Shown piece by piece: positions 47,912 to 57,015 of a stretch of 64,000 nucleotides of DNA. The stretch is from an uncultured Cryomorphaceae bacterium (lineage in GTDB: Bacteria > Bacteroidota > Bacteroidia > Flavobacteriales > Schleiferiaceae). Below the pieces are notes generated by a model. The model searched no databases, was not told the DNA's origin, and saw only the letters and a program-made list of their open reading frames with translations. Each line of letters opens with the position of its first letter. Within the stretch, counting starts at the first letter, position 1. The position numbers were made by a program, and so were the translations under genes. Where the stretch lies: NCBI GenBank assembly GCA_913009655.1, contig CAJVWI010000007.1, positions 3,682 to 67,681 of the forward strand. Direction: 5' to 3'.

Positions 47912-50353
47912 TCAGGATCTAATCTCTGCTCCAACATCAGACTTTAAGAAATTAATTATTCTGGACATTGATTTTTCTATCTGTGAATCTTTAAGGGTTC
48001 TATTTGTATCTTGAAAAATTAACCTTACACCAAATGAAATTGAGTCTTTGCCAATTTTTTTTCCTTGGAAAACATCAAAAAGTTCAAAATCAACTAAGGA
48101 TTTTTCTTTAGATTTCTTGATCGCGATTTTAATAGCTGCATATTTAATTTCAGACTTTACAATTATTGCTAAATCTCTAGTCACTTTCGGAAACTTAGGA
48201 GTTTCTGTAAATTTAACTTTGGAGACTTTAGCAAATTGACATATGGTATCCCAATTGAAAATTGCTCCTAAAACGGCTTCGTTAACATCTGATTTTTTTA
48301 AAGCCCATTCGTCTACCCAAGATATTGTTGCTAAAACCTTCTGATTTCTTTCTAACCTAATTCCACCAGCCCATAGGCCAGCAATAGGTTTTTGCTCTAT
48401 TTCATCTATTTTATCAATACCTAAGTAAGCAAGTAAGCCCATGCTAAGTCCCTTTAAGCTAAAGAAATCAACTTTATTTATTTCTCTGTTCCAGTGAGGT
48501 CCTGGCAATTGTCCACTGAGCCAAAGTCCTAAATGATTTTGCTCAGAATAATTATTCTCTTTCGAATTAGAATAAATTCGTCCAAATTCAAAAATCGAAA
48601 CGTTCGATTGTTGTCTTTTTATATTATAACTGATTGCATTTAATCCTCCCATCAAAAGGGTGGGGCGCATAACTTCTAACTCTTGACTTAATGGGTTAAG
48701 TATTTTTACATTATTTTTAGGGTTAATGCTTGGGTGATTTAAGTATAGCTCTGAGCTAGTGAGCGAATTATTCATTATCTCATAAAGTCCATGAGCTACG
48801 AGATAGTCTGTTACTTTTCTTCGTAAAGATTCATTTGATGCCACTTCATTTTCAGATGGGATTAATCGCATACCATCGGGAAGTGGAATTGAATTGAAGC
48901 CATAAATTCTTAATATTTCTTCCGCAATATCAGCCTCTCTTGTCACATCCCATCTGTAGGCAGGAATTGACAATTCTAACCTCGATTTTTTCAATATGGT
49001 TGATGTAATGTCTAATGAATCAAGAATGGAGATGACTTCATTTTGCTTTAGTTCGATACCAATTAATTTATTGATTCGATCTAAATCAATTTCAACAATT
49101 CGATTTTCAAATAAGGAGCCACTCAAATTCTTTTCAGAAAACCCAGTAATAGTTGCGTTTGGAAATATTTCGCTTATTAATTTCCAAGCTAGAAAAAGAG
49201 CATCCATACCAATGTTTGGATCAACACCTCTTTCATATCTGAATGAAGCATCAGTATTGAGTCCATATCTTTTAGCAGTTTTTCTAATGACGACAGGATC
49301 GAACCATGCAGATTCAATAATGATATCTGTACTGTCCTCGCTTACTCCTGAATTCAGACCCCCAAAAACTCCAGCAAGAGCCAATATCTTATGGTTATCT
49401 GCAATCACTAAATCCTCCTTATTTAGCTTTCTAACTATTCCATCAAGTGTAGTTATTTCTTCATTACTTATTGCTCTTCTGATTTGGATAGATTTACCGT
49501 TAATTTTTTGAGTGTCAAAAGCGTGGAGTGGATGACCCTTATCATTGAGAACATAGTTAGTAATATCTACAATAGCATTTATCGGTTTGAGCCCAATCGA
49601 TTTTAATCGTCGCTGAAGCCAATCAGGGGAAGGTCGGTTTTTTAAACCGCTAATGCTAAGGGCTTTATATCTTGGGCATGCAGATTTGTCATGAATGTCA
49701 ATTTCAATATTTGAATCCACGTTAGACCATTTATGGATATTATTATCATTCCAAGTATATTTGATTTTTTTATGAATGAGTGCTGCTCTCAGATCTCGAG
49801 CAACTCCCATATGACTCATTGCGTCCATTCTATTTGGGGTTAGCCCAATTTCAAAAACGGAATCAGATTTGAGACCCAAATATTCTGACAGGGGAGTACC
49901 AGAGACCGCACCAACATCCAAAATATAAATTCCCTCATGGGATTTTCCAATACCAAGTTCATCTTCAGCACAAAGCATTCCTTCCGATGACTCACCTCTT
50001 ATTTTTCCTTTTTTTATTTTAATACCTTTCTCAAGACTTTCTGGATATATAGTGCATCCAATGGTAGCAACTGGAACTTTTTGTCCAACTGCAATATTTG
50101 ATGCTCCGCATACTATATTTAGAGGGTCATCAGTTCCAACATTAATCTTTGTACAAAATAGTCTATCTGCATTGGGATGTTTACTTAGTGATATAATTTC
50201 ACCTATGAATACTCCTTTTAATCCACCTTTAATTTGATCTAAGTGTTGGATTTTTTCAACTTCTAATCCTGTAGATGTTAAAATTTCAGATAAACTTTCA
50301 TCAGAAAGCTCTGTTTCAATGTAGTCGCTTAACCACTCTTTAGAAATTAGCAT
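47912..50353 (-). CDS. pheT: phenylalanine--tRNA ligase subunit beta
   Basis: ORF track gives 47912..50359 with a GTG start; I use ATG 50353, giving MLISKEWLSDYI. Has the tRNA-binding domain (HPNADRL), B3/4, B5 and a C-terminal anticodon-binding-like domain. Confidence 0.94.
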   Translation of the reverse strand: MLISKEWLSDYIETELSDESLSEILTSTGLEVEKIQHLDQIKGGLKGVFIGEIISLSKHPNADRLFCTKINVGTDDPLNIVCGASNIAVGQKVPVATIGCTIYPESLEKGIKIKKGKIRGESSEGMLCAEDELGIGKSHEGIYILDVGAVSGTPLSEYLGLKSDSVFEIGLTPNRMDAMSHMGVARDLRAALIHKKIKYTWNDNNIHKWSNVDSNIEIDIHDKSACPRYKALSISGLKNRPSPDWLQRRLKSIGLKPINAIVDITNYVLNDKGHPLHAFDTQKINGKSIQIRRAISNEEITTLDGIVRKLNKEDLVIADNHKILALAGVFGGLNSGVSEDSTDIIIESAWFDPVVIRKTAKRYGLNTDASFRYERGVDPNIGMDALFLAWKLISEIFPNATITGFSEKNLSGSLFENRIVEIDLDRINKLIGIELKQNEVISILDSLDITSTILKKSRLELSIPAYRWDVTREADIAEEILRIYGFNSIPLPDGMRLIPSENEVASNESLRRKVTDYLVAHGLYEIMNNSLTSSELYLNHPSINPKNNVKILNPLSQELEVMRPTLLMGGLNAISYNIKRQQSNVSIFEFGRIYSNSKENNYSEQNHLGLWLSGQLPGPHWNREINKVDFFSLKGLSMGLLAYLGIDKIDEIEQKPIAGLWAGGIRLERNQKVLATISWVDEWALKKSDVNEAVLGAIFNWDTICQFAKVSKVKFTETPKFPKVTRDLAIIVKSEIKYAAIKIAIKKSKEKSLVDFELFDVFQGKKIGKDSISFGVRLIFQDTNRTLKDSQIEKSMSRIINFLKSDVGAEIRS

Positions 50354-50358
50354 AGCCA

Positions 50359-50366
50359 CAAAAATA
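50359..50366 (-). promoter_or_regulatory. Bacteroidota -7 box (TATTTTTG) for pheT
   Basis: Exact TAnnTTTG on the minus strand, 5 nt upstream of ATG 50353. Confidence 0.45.
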
Positions 50367-50423
50367 CATAGTAATTTATTCTTTAAAAGAAGAAATTCTG
50401 TACTATTTGTATCTAAATGCGAA

Positions 50424-51050
50424 TCAGGTTAAACCAAATATAAAAAAAGCGTACAAGAAAAACCTAAAAAATCTTGTGATTGCTAGCATTAAGAACAATC
50501 TTAATCTGAATTCTACTATTCCTGCAATCGTACATACAGGGGCGAATGGTAGAGGTGTTAGAGCGGATAAAAATATTAAAAGCCCACCAAATTTCTTTAG
50601 TTGTAAAGACTGTTCTTCAAATCGATTATTTATCCATTTTTGAACAATTGGGAAATGATGTATTCTTCTACCGATAAAGTAGCTTATGACTCCGCCTAAG
50701 TAACTTACAATTGCTAAAAGAAGAGTCATAAGATATGGATGTTGCATCTCCCCTGCCCATAAAATAAAAAAATCTGGGGGTAAGATTCCGGTAACTATTT
50801 CAGATACCCCTAATAATAATATGACAGCAGTCCAATGAATTTTTGTTGTAACCCATTCCGCAATGGCTTCAATGTCAACAATATAATTATTTAGAAGCCA
50901 TATGGCTGCGGCAAAAATAACTATTACAAATCCAAGTTTTCGAAATCCTTGAACTAAAAATTTATACCCTCCACTAATTTGATAAAACCGATGAGTTAAA
51001 GAGACAGAACGCCAAAAAGGGCGAATTTTTTTTAGCGGTCTGATTTTCAT
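50424..51050 (-). CDS. DedA/YqaA-family (SNARE-associated) membrane protein
   Basis: 208 aa with 5-6 TM helices. The region VTGILPPDFFILWAG resembles YqaA/DedA proteins. Confidence 0.55.
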   Translation of the reverse strand: MKIRPLKKIRPFWRSVSLTHRFYQISGGYKFLVQGFRKLGFVIVIFAAAIWLLNNYIVDIEAIAEWVTTKIHWTAVILLLGVSEIVTGILPPDFFILWAGEMQHPYLMTLLLAIVSYLGGVISYFIGRRIHHFPIVQKWINNRFEEQSLQLKKFGGLLIFLSALTPLPFAPVCTIAGIVEFRLRLFLMLAITRFFRFFLYAFFIFGLT

Positions 51051-51085
51051 TTTTTGATTTTAATTTGGAATAATTGGATCATAAA

Positions 51086-53191
51086 TTATGCCACGGATCC
51101 CCATGCGATTTTATGTCTAGAATATTCTGAAAACCTTTGTCTTAATTTTTCATTATCTTTTTTTTCTAATTTAGGATCATTCAGGACTATTGATTCAGCA
51201 ATTTTTCTGGACCATTCAATCAACTCCCCATCTTCGATAATATTGGCGATTTTGTAGTCTAGAGAACCGCTTTGTCGGGTACCCATAACTTCTCCTGGCC
51301 CTCTGAGTTTCATATCAACGTTTGCTATTTGGAATCCATCGTTAGTTTTACATAATGTATCAATTCTAATTTTCCCATTATCACTTAGTTTGTCTCCTGT
51401 GATTAAAATGCAGTATGACTTTTCTCCTCCCCGACCTACTCTTCCTCGCAGCTGATGTAGCTGTGAAAGTCCAAATTTTTCAGCATTTTCTATTATCATA
51501 ACACTTGCATTGGGCACATCTACGCCGACTTCAATTACTGTTGTAGAAACCATTATTTGCGTTTCCCCATTAATAAATCTTTGCATTTCCCATTGTTTGT
51601 CTTCGGACTTCATTCGTCCATGAACGATCGATATTTCAAAATCGGGCCTTGGAAAATCTCTGATGATACTCTCATAACCATCCATCAAATCTTTAAAGTC
51701 AAGTTTTTCACTTTCTTCAATTAATGGATATACTATATAAATCTGTCGACCTTTTATAATTTCATTTTTTATAAACCCCCATACTTGAAGACGATTGTGA
51801 TCTGTTCTTTGTACCGTTTTTATGGACTTTCTTCCTGGAGGAAGTTCATCAATTATTGAAAGATCTAGGTCCCCATATATGCTCATTGCCAAGGTTCTTG
51901 GAATTGGGGTAGCTGTCATGACTAAAATATGAGGAGCCGGATTGTTTTTTTTGCGAAGTTTTGCTCTCTGTGCTACTCCAAATTTATGTTGTTCGTCAAT
52001 TATTGCTATCCCTAAATTTTTAAAAATAACAGGGTCTTCTATTAGAGCATGCGTACCAACGAGTATATTGATATCTCCTGAAGCAAGATTTTTGAAAATT
52101 ATCTTTCTTGCAGATTTTTTGACAGATCCAGTTAAAAGACTAATGTTAATACCAAGTTTTTCTGCCCATGGTGTTAGACTCGAATAATGCTGTTGGGCTA
52201 AAATTTCTGTCGGCGCCATCATTGCTGCTTGATGGCCATTATCAATCGCCATAAGTATGGACATAAATGCAACAAGGGTTTTTCCTGAGCCAACATCTCC
52301 TTGGATTAAGCGGTTCATATGCAGGCCAGAGGCTGCATTCTCTCTGATATCTTTTATTACGTTTTTTTGGGCATTTGTTAACTCAAACGGAAGTATGTTT
52401 TTATAAAAATTATTAAAATTTGGCCTGAGCTTAGAAAATATAAATCCCTTATGTGAAGCAAGGTGACTCTTGCGTTTATATGCAAATACAAGCTGGTCTA
52501 AAAACACTTCTTCAAAAGCTAACCGTTCTCTAGCAATTGATAATCTCTTAGGATTTTTAGGATAGTGCATCTCTTTTAAAGCTATTGTTCTAGATGGCCA
52601 ATTTTTATTTTTAACTATTGATTCAGGGAGCCAATCGAATTGATGATCTCCGATATTATTAAGAAGTTCAGCAATAAGTTTTGCCAGCCCCTTACTATTT
52701 AATCCTGATGAGGATAATTTTTCATTGGAAGAATAAACGGGATACATTCCTGAAAAATCATTCTTTTTAAATGAGTTGATTGATTCTAAATCTGGATGTG
52801 AAATACTTAAGTTACCATTGAAATTAGAAATTCTCCCGAAGGCTATAACTTGATCTCCCGGATTGATAGATTTCTGAATCCACTTGACGCCTTTAAACCA
52901 AATTAATTCAATAGTGCTATTATTGGAATTTAATCTGGCAGTCAGTCTTTTCTTTGAGCCATGACCAAGAAGTTTAATTTCTGATAAAACGCCAAGCACC
53001 TGAATTTCGGTAGGACCTGGTGAAACTTCATTTGGCTTATATACGATTGATCGATCTATGTATCTAAATGGAAAGTATTCGATAAGGTCACCAAATGTTC
53101 TGATACCCAGTTCAGAAGACATCAATCCAGCCTTGTATGGTCCAACACCCTTCAAATATGTCAGAGATGTAGATAAGTCATTCATCGCCAT
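51086..53191 (-). CDS. recG: ATP-dependent DNA helicase RecG
   Basis: ORF track gives 51086..53197 with a TTG start that lies inside a -7 box. ATG is available at 53191, and alternatively at 53185, which gives MNDLSTSLTYLKGVGP. Helicase motifs GDVGSGKT, DEQHKFG, MTATPIPRT and QLRGRVGRG. Confidence 0.94.
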   Translation of the reverse strand: MAMNDLSTSLTYLKGVGPYKAGLMSSELGIRTFGDLIEYFPFRYIDRSIVYKPNEVSPGPTEIQVLGVLSEIKLLGHGSKKRLTARLNSNNSTIELIWFKGVKWIQKSINPGDQVIAFGRISNFNGNLSISHPDLESINSFKKNDFSGMYPVYSSNEKLSSSGLNSKGLAKLIAELLNNIGDHQFDWLPESIVKNKNWPSRTIALKEMHYPKNPKRLSIARERLAFEEVFLDQLVFAYKRKSHLASHKGFIFSKLRPNFNNFYKNILPFELTNAQKNVIKDIRENAASGLHMNRLIQGDVGSGKTLVAFMSILMAIDNGHQAAMMAPTEILAQQHYSSLTPWAEKLGINISLLTGSVKKSARKIIFKNLASGDINILVGTHALIEDPVIFKNLGIAIIDEQHKFGVAQRAKLRKKNNPAPHILVMTATPIPRTLAMSIYGDLDLSIIDELPPGRKSIKTVQRTDHNRLQVWGFIKNEIIKGRQIYIVYPLIEESEKLDFKDLMDGYESIIRDFPRPDFEISIVHGRMKSEDKQWEMQRFINGETQIMVSTTVIEVGVDVPNASVMIIENAEKFGLSQLHQLRGRVGRGGEKSYCILITGDKLSDNGKIRIDTLCKTNDGFQIANVDMKLRGPGEVMGTRQSGSLDYKIANIIEDGELIEWSRKIAESIVLNDPKLEKKDNEKLRQRFSEYSRHKIAWGSVA

Positions 53192-53194
53192 ACT

Positions 53195-53202
53195 CAAAAA
53201 TA
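53195..53202 (-). promoter_or_regulatory. Bacteroidota -7 box (TATTTTTG) for recG
   Basis: Exact TAnnTTTG on the minus strand, 3 nt upstream of ATG 53191 and 9 nt upstream of ATG 53185. Its TTG is the ORF-track start at 53197. Confidence 0.45.
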
Positions 53203-53212
53203 GGCTTAACTT

Positions 53213-54544
53213 ATGGGCTTAATGGAGTCAAGAGGTATACGTTCATCAGAATTTTCTTTTTTTTTAGTAGATGGAGCCATTTTAGTCTGTTCGTTTTTGC
53301 TTTGGGCTAATGTTCTCTTTGGTAATTTATCAGTCAATAACCCTCTCTATTATGATCAATATCTTGTATTATTTATTTTAGTTTTTGTTCTTTGGGTCAG
53401 TTTTTCACTGGTTTTTAATGTGCATAAACTAAAGGTAGGAGTCGAGATCAGGAGTGTTTTGTCACGATTTTATAAGATGGTATTCATTCATATATCTACT
53501 ATAGCTTTAGTTGTTTTTATTTTAAAGACTTCAATTTATTATTCTAGAATATTCTTATTTCTATTTGTGCTATTCTATTTGTGTTTTGGTACGATTCTTC
53601 GCTTTTTATGGATATATGGATTGAGAAAATATTATTTAAATAAAAATAGTTCAAAATTAATAGTAACTATTGGAACCGGTAGTCAATGGGAGCGATTGAG
53701 TATTGAACTTAACCGTCACCCGGAATACGGGTATAAAATTGGAAAAAGATTTGATATTCTGCCCTCTGTGGAAGAATTATCAAGTAAATATGAAGAGATA
53801 TGGGTTTCACCTGACGAAATGCTTTCAGCATCCAGACTTGCTGATGAACTGGGAATTAGACTCAGATTAGTTCCTGATTTGGGAGTTTTATTAGCTAATC
53901 GCACTCGGTTGACATCATTTGGTAATATTCCAATTGTGGATATTCGCCCTGAGCCTCTGAGCTTTTTCTTTTCGGCATTTATAAAGAGATCATTTGATGT
54001 TTTCATTTCAATTTTTGGTTTATTATTTATTTTGTCATGGCTAACACCTATAATCGGTATTCTTATTGGGATTAATTCAAAAGGGCCAATATTCTATTCT
54101 CAAACGAGAGTTGGAACAGCTGGAAATAATTTCAGAATATGGAAGTTTAGAACCATGTATAAGGGCTCAGAGGAAGATATTCAGGCTGCATCAAAGGATA
54201 ATCGCGTTACTTTTTTAGGGAAAATATTAAGAAAAACACATTTAGATGAGCTTCCTCAACTATGGAATGTATTTATTGGTAAGATGAGTCTAGTTGGCCC
54301 CAGGCCCCACATGCTTGCGGACCATAGCGAATACACAAAAGCTATTAGTAATTATGGTATTAGGCATTGGGTTAGGCCCGGTATGACAGGCTTAGCTCAG
54401 GCCCGAGGATTAATTGGATCTAAAGATTTGGAGTTAATGAGTCAGAGAATTCGTGCTGATATATATTATATCGAGAATTGGTCTTTTATTTTGGATTTGA
54501 AAATAATTGGTGCGACCCTTTTAGGGAAGCGAAAATGGATTTAG
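53213..54544 (+). CDS. polyprenyl-phosphate hexose-1-phosphate transferase (WbaP/bacterial sugar transferase family)
   Basis: 443 aa with N-terminal TM helices. C-terminal sugar-transferase domain: KGPIFYSQTRVG..FRIWKFRTM..DELPQLWNVFIGKMSLVGPRP. Confidence 0.85.
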   Translation: MGLMESRGIRSSEFSFFLVDGAILVCSFLLWANVLFGNLSVNNPLYYDQYLVLFILVFVLWVSFSLVFNVHKLKVGVEIRSVLSRFYKMVFIHISTIALVVFILKTSIYYSRIFLFLFVLFYLCFGTILRFLWIYGLRKYYLNKNSSKLIVTIGTGSQWERLSIELNRHPEYGYKIGKRFDILPSVEELSSKYEEIWVSPDEMLSASRLADELGIRLRLVPDLGVLLANRTRLTSFGNIPIVDIRPEPLSFFFSAFIKRSFDVFISIFGLLFILSWLTPIIGILIGINSKGPIFYSQTRVGTAGNNFRIWKFRTMYKGSEEDIQAASKDNRVTFLGKILRKTHLDELPQLWNVFIGKMSLVGPRPHMLADHSEYTKAISNYGIRHWVRPGMTGLAQARGLIGSKDLELMSQRIRADIYYIENWSFILDLKIIGATLLGKRKWI

Positions 54545-54545
54545 T

Positions 54546-56717
54546 TTAAGGCTTTTTTAAAGCTAAATATTCAGCAACTTCAAAGTATTTTTTCGTGATT
54601 TCGTTCCAATCGTGCGATTTTAACTCATTTGTCCAATCATGGTTAATGGATTGTTTGTTCAACCAGATCTTTTGTAGGAGGGAATTAGTGGTAGAGAAAT
54701 AAACACCTTTACTCCCAAGGACAGATCTGTTAAAAACATTATCGTGAGCTGCAATTCTACAATTTGCGGCCATGGCTTGGAGTAGTCCAGGGTTTGTTCC
54801 GCCAACACTATGTCCATGAATATATATTGATGAACCTTGTCTCAAAGCTTGAGTTATATTTTGGTCATACTCACTTTCGATTTTGATAAGATTCAAATTT
54901 CCTTGAAATAAGCTTAAAATATTTTGACCGTATCGTGTACTCCAATTACCAACCACTGCTACAGGAGTTTCATCGATTAGTTCAGTTAAAATTTCAAGCA
55001 CATTATTTTCAGGAACTAGTCTGCAAATTATAAGTGCATATGTATTTTGTATTAGTCCAAATTCTCTAAGAATAATATTAAGCTCATTTTTAGTTAGAGC
55101 TTTGTGAATTTCCGTGCCAAATGATATTTCGCGAATGGGCTTCTCATAATTCTCATTGCAGTAATCCGTTATTCCAGGGTTGTCTGAAATAATTATATTT
55201 GATGATTTTACTGCTATTTTTTCTGATAATTTTAGATAATTGCGAATACTAGATGAGTATTTACCACGTTTCCATTCAATTCCATCTAAGTGCACTGCTA
55301 CATAGGTACTGTAAAACCATTTTTGCCAGAGTAAAAAGGGTGCAGAACTAGTTGTCCCAAGAGTAATATGTGAATCAGGTTTCCATTGATTAATGGATTT
55401 AATACTCAGCCAGTCGTATATGAATTGCGCAAATGGCCCTATAACCCATTCAGGGTCCCAATGGAATTTTCTCAGAATCCCAGGATATTTGTAATCAGGT
55501 TGCGAGTGTTTTGATGAGGTACTAACCCAAACTCGATTCCCTGCATCTGCAAGCCTTCTAGAAATATGATCAACCATTTCCTCAAACCCTCCGTATCTGT
55601 TGGGCATGCCCCGAGAGCCGCTAAATGCAATGAATCGGCTTGGAGTGGAATATATATTCTCTAAACTTTCAGCAGCTTTATTCCAGGAATATTTATCAAG
55701 TGATGCTTCTTTCTTTGGATTTTTATATGATGATAAAACCGAGTCTACAATTTCTTTTGCAACTGGAGAACATACAAAAACATCTTTCTCTAGTTCTTTT
55801 GAACTCTCAGCATTCTCAGACAAAATCACTTGGCATTTAGCTTGCAGTCCTTCAATTGATGTGAGTCCAAAGGTTTCAAAAAGTGATGGAATTATCACAG
55901 CATACGTTTTAGCTAATAATGCAGGAACCTCCTCTCTTTTAATAGCAGTTTTCCATTCAACATTAGCTCCATGCTTTTTGGCTTCTTTTATTGCAAGCTT
56001 AAAAGATTCAACATATTTTTTGTGGTTTGGTCCTTCATCTCCAACTATCGTCAAAGGTTCTTTAAAGCCCATTTTACTTAAAATTCTCCATGCATTAATT
56101 GCTTCAATTTGATTTTTAATACCCTCTATTCTTCCTAGAATAATATAGCCACTACGTTCAGTTTTTTCAGCCACGGATAAGTGCTCTAATCCTGGAGAAA
56201 TAATTTTAACACTTTGGCCTAAACCTGTTATTTTTTTTATTCTTTTAGCTTCTGCAGATGTAGTGGTTATGATATGATCGGCAGTCCATGCAAATTTCAA
56301 TAATGGGTTTCTTAAAAAGATTAATCCAATTGCAGGCCAACGATCTTTACTTAAAAATGCTCTAAGAAAAATTTTAATACTTTCTTGAACCTGATTAGGG
56401 AGGTGCTTCCAAATAATACCTCTTTTTAATTCATAATTTTTATAGTCTACCAATATGGAAGATATCACCCATCGAATTTGTGGATGTTTTTTTCGAATCT
56501 GATAACAATGGTATTGGTCAACATATCGTCCCAGGTTTATCGAGTGAATTACGTCATATTTTGAACTGCATATTTCTTTGTTTAATTCACTTGCAGACAG
56601 AATCAGTAAGACATTATGCCCTTTTTTTTTAAGGGCTTTAATGGTCTCTAAGGCCTGAACAGTATCTCCGCCTGGTTGAGCAAGTAAAGTTTTTCTCGCA
56701 AAGAATATGATATTCAC
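54546..56717 (-). CDS. two-domain glycosyltransferase (GT4 module fused to a DUF1972-type GT module)
   Basis: 723 aa with a GTG start. The N-terminal half has a GT4 EX7E motif (ETFGLTSIE). The C-terminal half starts with the DUF1972-like FIAFSGSRGMPNRYGGFEEMVDHISRRL and ends with HGHSVGGTNPGLLQAMA. Confidence 0.72.
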   Translation of the reverse strand: MNIIFFARKTLLAQPGGDTVQALETIKALKKKGHNVLLILSASELNKEICSSKYDVIHSINLGRYVDQYHCYQIRKKHPQIRWVISSILVDYKNYELKRGIIWKHLPNQVQESIKIFLRAFLSKDRWPAIGLIFLRNPLLKFAWTADHIITTTSAEAKRIKKITGLGQSVKIISPGLEHLSVAEKTERSGYIILGRIEGIKNQIEAINAWRILSKMGFKEPLTIVGDEGPNHKKYVESFKLAIKEAKKHGANVEWKTAIKREEVPALLAKTYAVIIPSLFETFGLTSIEGLQAKCQVILSENAESSKELEKDVFVCSPVAKEIVDSVLSSYKNPKKEASLDKYSWNKAAESLENIYSTPSRFIAFSGSRGMPNRYGGFEEMVDHISRRLADAGNRVWVSTSSKHSQPDYKYPGILRKFHWDPEWVIGPFAQFIYDWLSIKSINQWKPDSHITLGTTSSAPFLLWQKWFYSTYVAVHLDGIEWKRGKYSSSIRNYLKLSEKIAVKSSNIIISDNPGITDYCNENYEKPIREISFGTEIHKALTKNELNIILREFGLIQNTYALIICRLVPENNVLEILTELIDETPVAVVGNWSTRYGQNILSLFQGNLNLIKIESEYDQNITQALRQGSSIYIHGHSVGGTNPGLLQAMAANCRIAAHDNVFNRSVLGSKGVYFSTTNSLLQKIWLNKQSINHDWTNELKSHDWNEITKKYFEVAEYLALKKP

Positions 56718-56781
56718 ACAATAAATGTACTGCTCTTAAATTGTACCTTCGTTCAAATAAATAGTTAAAATTATTTCTATC

Positions 56782-57015
56782 ATGGCGATTCCTAAATTTT
56801 TGGTTGGAGACAATACTGATCAGCCTGAAAACGTTTATATTATTCATACCGAATATCCGAGATTTGTAATAGACCTCGATACTGATGAAGTAGAGTGGCT
56901 AGATCAAATTGGAGGAGAGGATGAGACTGAACTGACAGATGAAATGAATCGTCTGCTTGATGAGGCAAATACATTCTACATGAGAGAGGTAGATCGTTAC
57001 GAGTCAATGGATTGA
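56782..57015 (+). CDS. small, highly acidic hypothetical protein
   Basis: 77-aa ORF with an ATG start. It has 22 Asp/Glu against 5 Lys/Arg. Its stop overlaps the ATG of the downstream MATE gene (TGATG). Confidence 0.45.
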   Translation: MAIPKFLVGDNTDQPENVYIIHTEYPRFVIDLDTDEVEWLDQIGGEDETELTDEMNRLLDEANTFYMREVDRYESMD

